Positions 47,218 through 56,563 are shown, counted from the stretch's first letter. The stretch is 64,000 bases of DNA from an uncultured Candidatus Saccharibacteria bacterium (GCA_964574355.1 CAZNMD010000001.1:26180-90179), one strand, 5' to 3'. Made by a program: numbers and translations. Notes: generated from the sequence alone by a model not told the origin.

Positions 47218-47430
47218 TTACTCATTTGAATTTATAAGTGCATCAATTGCGGCAAGACGCGCAGTTTGATTTTCAATTTCATCCCTTTTTTCAGCAGCTA
47301 ACAACTCACCAAGTGCCTGCACGTCAGACGGAGGAAGCACATCAAGCCGTGCAATAAGGTCACCTTTAAGCTCGTGACTAAAAAGTCCACTCCATCGTAT
47401 TAAAACTGAAAGCGCTTCTTTTTTAGTCAT
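47218..47430 (-). CDS. Hypothetical small protein, translationally coupled to 47423-47977
   Basis: 8-nt ATGACTAA start/stop overlap with the upstream gene. 70 aa, helical, no domain recognised. Confidence 0.5.
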   Translation of the reverse strand: MTKKEALSVLIRWSGLFSHELKGDLIARLDVLPPSDVQALGELLAAEKRDEIENQTARLAAIDALINSNE

Positions 47431-47977
47431 TATTTTTTACTTGGTTTGCTTCAGGTAAAAATACTGAAACGGCTTCATCTATTTCCTCTTGATGGGCCTT
47501 ATATGTTTCATCATCTAATTTCATTGTCTCCCGCAAAGATACAAAGGCATCGTGTATAGCTTGCTTATCACCTTTAAAAAATTGATAGAGCGTTTCGTAC
47601 AAATGAGACGGCATAGCGCCTCCAACAACTTCGGTTGCTTCTGTTGCAAGTGCTCCAGCAAGAGGAACATCTGGTGTTAAAAAATTCAACCGTCTAAACC
47701 AGCGCAACTTTGCCAACGACTTAAACGCATCAGCACTCCAAGAACCAGTCTCTCCAGCGACCGGAACAATATCAAGAAGACTGATCCCCGTATTTGCCAT
47801 CGTACGCAACAAAGCCTTTCCCCCTTTTTGAATTGAAGGATTTCGCAAAAGCATTTCCCACTTTGAATACGTCACCGCATACTCTCCAACAAGTTTCGGA
47901 GGAATTTCTTGCGGACGTTCTAGAGAAGCCTCCCATTCATTTTCATTCGCTATTTCATTTTTTGGTATAGATTCCAT
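47423..47977 (-). CDS. Hypothetical protein (first gene of a two-gene operon)
   Basis: 184 aa, no domain recognised. GC-elevated. Confidence 0.55.
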   Translation of the reverse strand: MESIPKNEIANENEWEASLERPQEIPPKLVGEYAVTYSKWEMLLRNPSIQKGGKALLRTMANTGISLLDIVPVAGETGSWSADAFKSLAKLRWFRRLNFLTPDVPLAGALATEATEVVGGAMPSHLYETLYQFFKGDKQAIHDAFVSLRETMKLDDETYKAHQEEIDEAVSVFLPEANQVKNND

Positions 47978-48229
47978 GAGTTATATCTCTATATTACGTT
48001 GATTCAATCTCGGTGAAAAGCATCGTATTACATCAACTGCCCAAAGGGGTAAAGAGTGGAGAAAATATTCGTCTGTTACCTTGGTTTGTTAATAAAAAAA
48101 TACAACAACAGATACGAGCTCAAAATTGACATATATACTATTTTATGCTAATTTAATAGTAGACTGCACCTCTCCATGAAAAGTCACGTAGGGCCGGAAA
48201 CCTTACATGATGAGCCGGAAGCTCCCTGG

Positions 48230-48241
48230 CATGTGCACATG
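48230..48241. promoter_or_regulatory. Perfect 12-bp palindrome CATGTGCACATG 16 nt upstream of ATG 48258
   Basis: Seen directly. It is preceded by the direct repeat GCCGGAAAC / GCCGGAAGC and a TTGACA at 48124. Confidence 0.35.
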
Positions 48242-48257
48242 AAAGGTACCTCACAAC

Positions 48258-48875
48258 ATGACGACGAAGCAAACAGAGTTTGAAATAGTGAAATATTTTC
48301 TCAAACACAACAGCTACGGGCAGGCACGGATTCGAGCCGTTCACGCCAACGTTGTTGCGCGTCGACAGTTCGGACAGAGCCTACTGATCACATTGTTGGG
48401 CATCTTCGTAGCATTGGTGGGAACACTCATCAACAACGCTCCCCAGATTCCCCACAATGTAAGAATCGGAGAAGTGCTCTTCGCACTTGGCGGAGGTTTA
48501 ACTATCCTCTTTATAATCCGTGGCGTAATCAAGCTCTACAATGTGCGCAGCGGCTGTGATTACGAAAACGGTGCTTGGGAAGATGGCCTCCAAGATATTC
48601 TCGAAACCATCAAAACCTTCGAGAAACTTTTCGGAAAACGTCCGGAAAAACTTGGCCTTCAGGGAACAGCCCGTTTCCTTACCCATGAAGCAGGAACGAT
48701 CCTCCGCCTGAACGCGCAACGACGAAGTCCGGAAGAACTTATTTTGCGCAAACGCTTCAGGGACATGCACGATGTGGCAAGCAAGCTCATGCCAATGTCG
48801 AGCTACGAGGAAATCTACCACGCTGCCCAAAACAAGCAGCAACGACCAACCTTCATTCCTGGTTTTACCAGCTGA
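48258..48875 (+). CDS. Hypothetical two-TM membrane protein (GC-elevated)
   Basis: 205 aa with two hydrophobic helices. No domain recognised. Confidence 0.5.
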   Translation: MTTKQTEFEIVKYFLKHNSYGQARIRAVHANVVARRQFGQSLLITLLGIFVALVGTLINNAPQIPHNVRIGEVLFALGGGLTILFIIRGVIKLYNVRSGCDYENGAWEDGLQDILETIKTFEKLFGKRPEKLGLQGTARFLTHEAGTILRLNAQRRSPEELILRKRFRDMHDVASKLMPMSSYEEIYHAAQNKQQRPTFIPGFTS

Positions 48876-49247
48876 CGTGGTCTTGATGCCTCATTGTTCT
48901 TTAGAACGACACAGCAACCCTACCCTAAACCGGTGGGGTTGTTTTTTTGTTTACGTGAACCTACGGGGACCGCTCCGCGTATCGATCCTTACAGGATCAG
49001 TACAGGTTTCCCATTTTTTCACCATCAGAATGGCTCAAAAATATGGGAGAACCTTTTCGATTCCTACAGGGAAACGCGGAGTACCGCTTTCGGTCAGGAA
49101 TATTTTATTCGCCGTCGCTCATAAAATTTCCCGACCCGGACTCGCGCTTCGCCCAAGCTTGGGCTCAAGGCACTCCGTCTTTCGATTCCCCGTAGCGTCT
49201 ACAAAAATATAGTCGGCCAATGCTTCGCGCTGGCCTCATTATTTTTG

Positions 49248-49319
49248 TGACCCTACGGGGAATCGAACCCCGATTTAAGCCTTGAGAAGGCTCTGTCCTA
49301 ACCGTTAGACGATAGGGCC
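49248..49319 (-). tRNA. tRNA-Glu (anticodon CUC), CCA not encoded
   Basis: Cloverleaf read by hand: acceptor GGCCCTA/TAGGGTC, D-arm GTCT/GGAC, anticodon stem GAGCC/GGCTT with loop TTCTCAA (anticodon CTC), T-arm CGGGG-TTCGATT-CCCCG, discriminator A. Confidence 0.88.
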
Positions 49320-49371
49320 ATATCTGAATAAAAAAATAATAGCTTAAAATAATGCCTTTATCAAGATGGAA

Positions 49372-49400
49372 TTGACATTTGCCAATATATTTGTTATTAT
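49372..49400 (+). promoter_or_regulatory. Promoter TTGACA-N17-TGtTATTAT upstream of 49468
   Basis: -35 at 49372-49377 and -10 at 49395-49400. An AAGGAG RBS lies 8 nt before the ATG. Confidence 0.5.
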
Positions 49401-49467
49401 TTTAAATAGAGGTTGATATCACTTCAACCGCCCTAAACAGTCACCACACAGGTGACAAGGAGTATAG

Positions 49468-49890
49468 ATGAAATTGAAATTGATGATGCCGGCAATCTAC
49501 AAATTGACTAGGTGGTCGGCAAACGAGGCAAATGTTCAGGTACCAAAGGCAAGGATATGGGGATGGCACAGAGTTGACGACCTCATTGAAGTCGTCAACA
49601 ACATCCGAGAAGAAAAGGGGCTTTCCCCTTTAACCCCGCAGCAAATGGGGGAAACATACCTTCTCAAGGATCTGCCGATCGACCAGGAAGCGATTCCTGA
49701 GGCTCGCAGCTGGTGCCACCCGTTGTGTTTCGCAATGGAGGATCCCTCGGATGGGACATTCTATCCAACCCTCATGAACTGTCATCCAACATTTTGGCTC
49801 CACCATCTGAAAGAAGACTACAAATGGTGTAAGGACAAATTTGTCCCAGCCGGAGTCGGCATGGCCCTCATCAAAATGGTGAAAGCTTAA
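49468..49890 (+). CDS. Hypothetical Cys/His/Trp-rich protein
   Basis: 140 aa with good promoter, RBS and terminator. No domain recognised. Confidence 0.55.
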   Translation: MKLKLMMPAIYKLTRWSANEANVQVPKARIWGWHRVDDLIEVVNNIREEKGLSPLTPQQMGETYLLKDLPIDQEAIPEARSWCHPLCFAMEDPSDGTFYPTLMNCHPTFWLHHLKEDYKWCKDKFVPAGVGMALIKMVKA

Positions 49891-49904
49891 GGCTAGCACC
49901 GCAC

Positions 49905-49945
49905 CCCGCTCTCGATTCAATCGAGAGCGGGTTTTCTTTTTTATT
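49905..49945. terminator. Bidirectional terminator (CCCGCTCTCGA-ttcaa-TCGAGAGCGGG + T-run)
   Basis: 11-bp perfect stem followed by TTTTCTTTTTTATT. Confidence 0.85.
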
Positions 49946-49973
49946 ATACTCTCTCACTTCCCCTTTTTTATTC

Positions 49974-51272
49974 TTACCTTCTCCCCCACTCTTCTTCTTG
50001 TCTCACTAAAACATCTTTTGCTATTTTTGGATCAGCTAACAGGGCAGCTGAAACGCGTTCCATTCGAGCACCTTGAGAACCTTTTACTAAAACAACATCA
50101 CCTTTTGCAACAATCTTTGAAAGATATTCTGCTGCCTCTGCTGAATTTGAAAAAAAGACAACGCTTTCTTTTGCTTTTCCAGATTTAAGTAAAGCTTCCC
50201 CTGCTCCACGTGCTCGTAAACCAACAGCGACAAATAAATCTACAAATGTCGCTTCTTTGCCAATTGCTTCATGCTCAGCAATTGAATATTTTCCAAGTTC
50301 GAGCATGTCACCAAATGCAACAATTTTTCGCCCCTGTACCGTAAGGCTCGACAAGGTATGCAACGCTTCTCGAGCGGCCACCGGAGATGAATTGTAACTA
50401 TCATCAATGATCACTGACCCCTCTTTACCTTCCAATAGCTTCATTCTTCCCGGAGGAGACACGTGAGTAGCCAGACGATCAGCGGCTTTACGAATATCAA
50501 AGCCGGCAGCTTTTGAAGCGGTAAGTGCGGCTAAAAGTGGATAGGCATGATGTTTACCAAGCGACCCTTTATAGGTCATAAAAAAAGATTCCCCTCCTGA
50601 TAAAATCTTCATTGAAAAACCAACTGGATAGCGCCGCCCATCTTTTTCTTCATAAACCACCTCATACGTTTCTGCACGAACAGTTACCCCCTCAGAAAAT
50701 CCATACGTGAGCATAGAAACACCTCGCTTCTTCACTCCATCAATAATCAATGGATCATCTCCGTTCGCGATAACGGTTCCGCCTTTTTGAAGTGAGTCAA
50801 CCAAGGAAAGTTTTTCTTCCACAACCTTTTGTGGCGAAGAAAAATATTCAACATGTACGGGAACATTTGGAAGACGCGTCAAAACAACCATATGCGGTTT
50901 AACCCAGGAGGCTATTTTTTTAATATCACCTGGCCGGTCAGCCCCAACCTCAAGCACAACCCACTTTGGATAGGTCGTAAAACCAAAAATAACCTTAAGA
51001 CCTTGAAAAATATTTACCGTCCAGGCAATAGGATCGCTCCAAGCGTTTTTAAGACCAAGAATAGTAAGAGGCACACCAATCTCACTATTAAAAGATTTTT
51101 CACTTTTTCGCGCCTGCACAAAACCAGAAAACGCAGTAAAAACTGCGTCTTTTGTTGAGGTCTTTCCAACACTACCGGTAACTGCAATAACTGATGGCTT
51201 AAACCTTTTTAAAACCGCCCGTGATTCTGCTTCCAAAATCGTGGCGATTACTTTCTTAAAAACAGCCTTCAT
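49974..51272 (-). CDS. murF: UDP-N-acetylmuramoyl-tripeptide--D-alanyl-D-alanine ligase
   Basis: Mur ligase P-loop AVTGSVGKTSTKD and MurF-type domain order. Confidence 0.9.
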   Translation of the reverse strand: MKAVFKKVIATILEAESRAVLKRFKPSVIAVTGSVGKTSTKDAVFTAFSGFVQARKSEKSFNSEIGVPLTILGLKNAWSDPIAWTVNIFQGLKVIFGFTTYPKWVVLEVGADRPGDIKKIASWVKPHMVVLTRLPNVPVHVEYFSSPQKVVEEKLSLVDSLQKGGTVIANGDDPLIIDGVKKRGVSMLTYGFSEGVTVRAETYEVVYEEKDGRRYPVGFSMKILSGGESFFMTYKGSLGKHHAYPLLAALTASKAAGFDIRKAADRLATHVSPPGRMKLLEGKEGSVIIDDSYNSSPVAAREALHTLSSLTVQGRKIVAFGDMLELGKYSIAEHEAIGKEATFVDLFVAVGLRARGAGEALLKSGKAKESVVFFSNSAEAAEYLSKIVAKGDVVLVKGSQGARMERVSAALLADPKIAKDVLVRQEEEWGRR

Positions 51273-51348
51273 AGATATGGAATAAATATATCAGATGAAT
51301 GGCTATTTTCATTGTGCATTTTGATTCGAATCTCTACCTCATCATACA

Positions 51349-51377
51349 TTGACTAAGCTACATTATTATGTTAATAT
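51349..51377 (+). promoter_or_regulatory. Promoter TTGACT-N17-TAATAT upstream of 51441
   Basis: The hairpin TGCAAC-aggtaaa-GTTGCA (51408-51426) lies between the promoter and an AAAGGA RBS. Confidence 0.45.
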
Positions 51378-51440
51378 TCTACTTAGAGCACTCATACGTG
51401 CACCCTTATGCAACAGGTAAAGTTGCATCAATAAAGGACA

Positions 51441-52130
51441 TTGATAATGAATACATTGGGTCTTCCCCAATTGATGGATAAGTCGTACTTCGACAGCGTC
51501 AGCCAGCTGATGAGGAAACAAGGTCTTCGTGAGTTCGCTCGCGTCGCTATCAGCACAGATGATGTGCGGTATCACGTTTTAGCATCAATTGCTCGGAGCA
51601 CCTCACTCTTCTTCTTACTCTCGCAACGCGCCTTCATGGTACAACTCACTTACACCGAGAGTAACCACGAAGACGAGCAGGAAAGACTGTACTATACCGG
51701 AAAACCTCCACAGGGGGTGCACGGGCATTGGAGCATACACTTCTACCATAAGTTCCTGGAGTACGGTAAACTTCTGGATCGAGTAAAACACCTAGATCAC
51801 GAATGTTGGGACGATGAATTGGCAAAAGTGCCTTTTCACGGACACGGTCCGAAATTCTCTGGGTTTCAGTGGTACGGAAACAAATACGAAGAACCTGGTC
51901 AAAATCCACAAGGTCTCGACCTTGGGAGATTAGCACAAGAAATAGGCTACAATACCTACCTCTGTGCCGACTGGCTCGCGGGCCCACAATTCGACGACCT
52001 TCAAGTCACATGCTTCCCTCCGTACTACACGTTCCCCGGATGTGAAAACATCTTCTGGGATCGGTTCGGAAGGCACAACCTTCGGCCACTCATCAAAAAG
52101 GCTTGGGGTTCGGAAGGACTCAGGAGATAA
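51441..52130 (+). CDS. Hypothetical protein (GC-elevated, His/Trp/Tyr-rich)
   Basis: 229 aa with no recognisable domain. Its own promoter and terminator. Confidence 0.55.
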   Translation: MIMNTLGLPQLMDKSYFDSVSQLMRKQGLREFARVAISTDDVRYHVLASIARSTSLFFLLSQRAFMVQLTYTESNHEDEQERLYYTGKPPQGVHGHWSIHFYHKFLEYGKLLDRVKHLDHECWDDELAKVPFHGHGPKFSGFQWYGNKYEEPGQNPQGLDLGRLAQEIGYNTYLCADWLAGPQFDDLQVTCFPPYYTFPGCENIFWDRFGRHNLRPLIKKAWGSEGLRR

Positions 52131-52153
52131 CTGACTCTTTTCATTTCAGTTCA

Positions 52154-52183
52154 AAGCCGCAGAGCAATCTGCGGCTTTTTTAT
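52154..52183 (+). terminator. Rho-independent terminator (AAGCCGCAGA-gcaa-TCTGCGGCTT + T6)
   Basis: Perfect 10-bp stem. Confidence 0.85.
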
Positions 52184-52251
52184 TGACAAATATACTTATA
52201 TATGATAAATTTTCTAGCAGGTAAAGTTCCTCGAAATTAGATTTCTGCACT

Positions 52252-52300
52252 TCGTCATAGCAGAGAGCAGCTAACTACTTAGCATTTCTCTGCTATGACG
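52252..52300 (+). promoter_or_regulatory. 14-bp perfect inverted repeat CGTCATAGCAGAGA…TCTCTGCTATGACG enclosing the ATG of the 52295 ORF
   Basis: The arms lie at 52252-52265 and 52287-52300. The 21-nt loop contains the mini-hairpin GCTAA-ctac-TTAGC, and the start codon lies inside the 3' arm. Confidence 0.5.
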
Positions 52301-52882
52301 AAATCAAACGGTTTCTCTGGCAAACGTTTACTCAAACGTTTCAAAACAGAGTACGTATGGCGACAACGTCACCGCCTAGTACATATGCAACCAATCATTC
52401 AGTTTTACTGGCAACTCCTCGAGCACTGCAGGAATGACATTGGAGGAAGTATACTCACACAAGGAATTCTTTCTTTGGCAAAAAAAGCAAAACCCTCGTG
52501 GATAGCGACCGAGGAAAATGTCCGCCTTGTGAGGGAGTGGTACCTTGATAGCAACGAGCTCAACTCGGGAACCAACGCAAAAGAAAAACGTCTCACCGCC
52601 CACAAGCTGATGCTGGACTTGTTGGCGGCGGCCTTCAAAGACCTCTCTCCTCTCAAAAATCCTGCGGCAATGGCACTCTTTTTTGAGATCAAGCAAGCGT
52701 TTTGTCTGCCCGAAGATGTCTTTGTATGGGCACGGAATATCAAGCAGCGCGAAGATGGTAGTGGAGTCATCATTCTCCACGTAAGTGATGTTGATACATT
52801 CAGACGCACTATGGAGGCCGGGCGGATGGGTGTCAGAGGTCGAACCCTCGAAAAGGTTCTGCTCATCGATGGATCAGAGTAA
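52295..52882 (+). CDS. Hypothetical protein (GC-elevated)
   Basis: 195 aa with no domain recognised. Two antisense ORFs of >130 aa overlap it, which reflects high GC. Confidence 0.5.
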   Translation: MTKSNGFSGKRLLKRFKTEYVWRQRHRLVHMQPIIQFYWQLLEHCRNDIGGSILTQGILSLAKKAKPSWIATEENVRLVREWYLDSNELNSGTNAKEKRLTAHKLMLDLLAAAFKDLSPLKNPAAMALFFEIKQAFCLPEDVFVWARNIKQREDGSGVIILHVSDVDTFRRTMEAGRMGVRGRTLEKVLLIDGSE

Positions 52883-52905
52883 TCAATTCCAAAATAAAAA
52901 GTTAC

Positions 52906-52938
52906 AACCCCAAGCTACGCGCTTGGGGTTCTTTTTTA
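52906..52938. terminator. Terminator (AACCCCAAGC-tacgc-GCTTGGGGTT + CTTTTTTAT)
   Basis: Perfect 10-bp stem. Confidence 0.85.
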
Positions 52939-53090
52939 TATTCCGAATATTGTGTCGTCATTCCGATGGCGCACCTTAGGGTAATTTGGTGCGAGGCTTT
53001 TGTACTAGAGAATGTAACGGAGGCCGATGAGGCCGAGTGTAGGGCGGCGCGAGCACGCGACGACCCGCATTCTCTGGTGCAAAGGCCGAG

Positions 53091-54818
53091 TTAACGGTCT
53101 GGAGGAATATTGTAATACGACAACAAAAATCTCGCTGTATCCATTGTTGGTATCGTCAACGTTTCAGATGCATACGTGGCACCTTTAGGATACACAGCAT
53201 ACATAAACACTAAAAATTTAGGATCGTACGCAGGAAAATAAGCGAAAAATGAGTGAAGGTATCGATCATCATAATATCCTCCCGAACTGTTAGCCATTTG
53301 AGCCGTTCCCGTTTTTGCAGCAACCGTATATTTAGCCAGTTTTGCTTTACCGTGCAAAAGAGCGTCATCAACCACCTTAACCAACATGCGAGTAATCGTC
53401 TTTGATGTGTTTTCTGAAATCACACGTCGCTCAGACGTATAATCTGGCCGACGCACCGAACCATCTTCATATCGAATTTCTTGAATTAAATGAGGATTTG
53501 GAAGTATGCCACCATTTCCAAGAGCCGAAAGCGCTCGAGCCATCATAATAGGGGTTACGGCGAAACCTTGACCATATGACGCAGTTGCAACCGTCACATC
53601 ACGCTTATTAGAAAGGTTGGCCACAAGTCCCGCAGATTCATTTGGTAAATCAATTCCTGTTTCTTCACCAATACCAAAACGATGTAAGCCCTCTATAAAT
53701 TTGTCATAGCCTAATTTCAAACCAACATAAGCTGCGCCCGTATTCAACGATTGGCTTAAAATTTCTTGCATTGGCACGGTCCCCCTTCCTTTACCATCAA
53801 AATTTTTAATAGTCTTTCCGTCCAAATCAAGAAATCCGGCATCAAAGTAGGTTGACTCTGCATTTACAATACCAGCATCAAGACCAAGCGCTACCGTAAT
53901 TGGTTTTGCAATCGAACCCATTTCATACACATTTTCAACAATTGGATTTCCAAACACAGATGGATCCGTAACTTCACCATAAAGATTTGGATCAAATGAC
54001 GGAAGTGAAGCCATGGCCAACAGTGCACCTGTTTTTGGATCCATAACAAGAGCCCCTACCTCATCAGCTTTCCAATTCTCATTAAATGACTCTAATGTTT
54101 TTTCTATTTCGAGTTGAACTGACGGCTCGATTGAAACAATAATATTTCCTGGACCCTCAAGTGTGACCTCTTCTTCTTTTGGCTTATCTTCAAATAAGGT
54201 AGCGAAAAGTGACGAATGAACTCCTGTATTACTGCGACCTAACACATGTTCATAGTACCGCTCGAGTCCATAACGTCCGGTTAACATATCACCCTCCCAA
54301 CCAACAAATCCCAAAAGATGCGACGCAAAATCACCGGCCGCATAGATACGCCAATGTTCATCACTAACAATGGTCCCTTCAAGTGCCCTCTCTTCAATCA
54401 ATCGTGCAGCATCGCGTGGAACACGTTTGGCGACTTCTTCATATGTATCATTTGTTTTTGCTGCTTTTTGCAAAAAAATGGCCTGATCAAGAGGTACGAT
54501 CGCAGCAAGAGACTGAAATGTTGTCTCGGGGTTTTTTATAACACTCGGATTAATTGCCAACGTGGCTCCCGATGCAATCGTCGCCGCACCAACTTCAATA
54601 CCTTTTTTATCTAAAAAATAAATAGATCCGCGATCGAACAGATTTCCAGAATTTCTTCGATATTGTCGGTCAGCAGCTTCACGATATTCATCACCATGAA
54701 CAATCGTGACCATATATAGTTTCACTAAAAGAATGAGGCCTGCGACAAGAATCAAAAAACCAATGAGACGAAGCCTGAGCGAAAAATCATGACCAAGAGC
54801 ATCGCGGCTATGACTCAT
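53091..54818 (-). CDS. ftsI: Peptidoglycan D,D-transpeptidase FtsI (class B PBP)
   Basis: N-terminal TM, a dimerisation domain, transpeptidase SxxK (SIAK) and KTG motifs. Context: mraZ-rsmH-ftsL-ftsI. Confidence 0.88.
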   Translation of the reverse strand: MSHSRDALGHDFSLRLRLIGFLILVAGLILLVKLYMVTIVHGDEYREAADRQYRRNSGNLFDRGSIYFLDKKGIEVGAATIASGATLAINPSVIKNPETTFQSLAAIVPLDQAIFLQKAAKTNDTYEEVAKRVPRDAARLIEERALEGTIVSDEHWRIYAAGDFASHLLGFVGWEGDMLTGRYGLERYYEHVLGRSNTGVHSSLFATLFEDKPKEEEVTLEGPGNIIVSIEPSVQLEIEKTLESFNENWKADEVGALVMDPKTGALLAMASLPSFDPNLYGEVTDPSVFGNPIVENVYEMGSIAKPITVALGLDAGIVNAESTYFDAGFLDLDGKTIKNFDGKGRGTVPMQEILSQSLNTGAAYVGLKLGYDKFIEGLHRFGIGEETGIDLPNESAGLVANLSNKRDVTVATASYGQGFAVTPIMMARALSALGNGGILPNPHLIQEIRYEDGSVRRPDYTSERRVISENTSKTITRMLVKVVDDALLHGKAKLAKYTVAAKTGTAQMANSSGGYYDDRYLHSFFAYFPAYDPKFLVFMYAVYPKGATYASETLTIPTMDTARFLLSYYNIPPDR

Positions 54819-54842
54819 GTTGCATTGATGAACTCAAACCAA

Positions 54843-55199
54843 CTACTGGCTTGAGAGAGTAAAACCAGGCCCAAGAGAGCCACGAATAACGAAAGAAGGG
54901 TCGACAGGAACAAAACCAAGCATTTTTGCATTATCTCTATTTACTGAATCTAGCAAAGCGACATACACAGCCTCTTTTTCAGCAACATGAGCAACTAGCT
55001 CCACAAGATCAGATAAGCCTGTGCGTCTCTCAGCCGCCACAACAGTCGTCCCAACCATAAAAGCAACGTAGGCACCGGTCGCGATAAAACCAAAAAGTAA
55101 GAGTCCTATAAAAATCATCTTTCGCAATTCCAACGAAACCACTTCCCCAACAGCAAGATCGGATACTCCTCTATTTATTTTTTTAATTACTGTCATCAT
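54843..55199 (-). CDS. ftsL: Cell division protein FtsL-like (single-TM)
   Basis: 118 aa with one TM, positioned between rsmH and ftsI. 4-nt overlap with rsmH. Confidence 0.55.
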   Translation of the reverse strand: MMTVIKKINRGVSDLAVGEVVSLELRKMIFIGLLLFGFIATGAYVAFMVGTTVVAAERRTGLSDLVELVAHVAEKEAVYVALLDSVNRDNAKMLGFVPVDPSFVIRGSLGPGFTLSSQ

Positions 55200-56119
55200 G
55201 TGGTTATTTTTTCTATTTTTTCAAGAGCTCGTAATTTTGCGCTGCGACTTCGTGGATTATTTTTTATCTCTTCTTCGGTTGCAACAATTGGTTTTTTTAC
55301 AATAAGTTTTCCTTCTTTTTCTTTAGCTCTCTCTTTCATAAATCGTTTTACTATTCCGTCTTCACCGCTATGGAAAGAGATAACAACCAACCTTCCCCCA
55401 ACTCGCACATACTTCCACAAACCCAAAAGTGCCTCCTGAAGAGCGCCATACTCGTCATTAACCGCAATACGAAGAGCTTGAAACGACTTAGTGGCAGGAT
55501 TAATGCGTCCATGAGTATACGAAGCAGGTACTGCATTTTTAATAACATCAACTAATTCAAACGTTGTTTCTATAGGTTTAACCGTTCGAGCTCGTACAAT
55601 AGCTGCTGCAATTCGATGAGCATATCGTTCTTCGCCATATCCAAATAAAACATTTGAAATATCTGCTTCTTTCCATGTATTAAGAATTCTTTTTGCTGTC
55701 AACGCGTCAGCTTCTGGTTTATCAGATAACGTCATTAAAAGGGGTTCATCTTTTTGAAAAGAAAAACCGCGACCACTTGATTCCAATTGATCTGAGCGCA
55801 TTCCCAAATCAAGCAATACCCGATCAACACTACTTACTCCCGCCGATTCGAGCACAGACGGTGCCGTTTTGAAGTTAAAAGGATAAAAACGAACATTTGC
55901 AACACCAGCGGTACTAATTTTTCCTTCAGCGGCAGCAATAGCCTCACTATCAACATCAAAGCAGTGAAGAGAAATGTCACCGTGAACACGTTTCGCAATT
56001 TCAACAGAATGCCCTCCTCCGCCAACAGTACCATCAACAACAACATCACCCGGCTTTGGATCCAAAAGATCGACGGTTTCATGAAGCAAGACAGGAATAT
56101 GAATTGAAATAGCTGTCAT
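55196..56119 (-). CDS. rsmH: 16S rRNA (cytosine1402-N4)-methyltransferase RsmH (MraW)
   Basis: HIPVLLHETVDLL…DGTVGGGGHS SAM-binding motif. Confidence 0.93.
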   Translation of the reverse strand: MTAISIHIPVLLHETVDLLDPKPGDVVVDGTVGGGGHSVEIAKRVHGDISLHCFDVDSEAIAAAEGKISTAGVANVRFYPFNFKTAPSVLESAGVSSVDRVLLDLGMRSDQLESSGRGFSFQKDEPLLMTLSDKPEADALTAKRILNTWKEADISNVLFGYGEERYAHRIAAAIVRARTVKPIETTFELVDVIKNAVPASYTHGRINPATKSFQALRIAVNDEYGALQEALLGLWKYVRVGGRLVVISFHSGEDGIVKRFMKERAKEKEGKLIVKKPIVATEEEIKNNPRSRSAKLRALEKIEKITT

Positions 56120-56128
56120 GTCCTTTGT

Positions 56129-56563
56129 TTAAATAAATCCAATATCACCAAGTTTTTGAGCCAATGTATCGCCTTGTTGTTCAATTTTTGCCTTGTACGT
56201 TGCCCAAGCTTCTTTATTCCAAATCTCAACACGCTCTTGAACACCAACAAACACAGCCGATGTATCAATCTTTGCAAACGTGCGCAAAAAATCAGGTATT
56301 AAAATTCGTCCCGCCGAATCAACTTCAACATCAGCAGCACCACCAAAAAGAAAACGAGAAAAGCCACGAGATTCAGCGCTTCCCATTGAAAGGTCCTCGA
56401 GTTTTGCTGAAAATTTTTCAAATGCCTTTCCGGAATATAAAAACAAACACGCGTCTAGTCCGCGCGTGATCACAATTTTTTTACCTACCTCGCTTCGGAA
56501 TTTTGCCGGCAACGAGATGCGGTTTTTTTCGTCAAAAGAATGAGTATATTCGCCTATAAGCAT
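56129..56563 (-). CDS. mraZ: Transcriptional regulator MraZ
   Basis: Duplicated MraZ domain (EYTHSFDEKNRISLPAKFR and a second DxxxR repeat). Confidence 0.93.
   Translation of the reverse strand: MLIGEYTHSFDEKNRISLPAKFRSEVGKKIVITRGLDACLFLYSGKAFEKFSAKLEDLSMGSAESRGFSRFLFGGAADVEVDSAGRILIPDFLRTFAKIDTSAVFVGVQERVEIWNKEAWATYKAKIEQQGDTLAQKLGDIGFI

Noticed and set aside
48153-49212. Several overlapping ORFs (48153-48344-, 48341-48532-, 48498-48842-, 48772-49212+, 48894-49124+)
   Set aside because: They mutually overlap the 48258-48875 gene in a GC-rich stretch where long stop-free frames arise by chance. No start signals are present, and they are not called.
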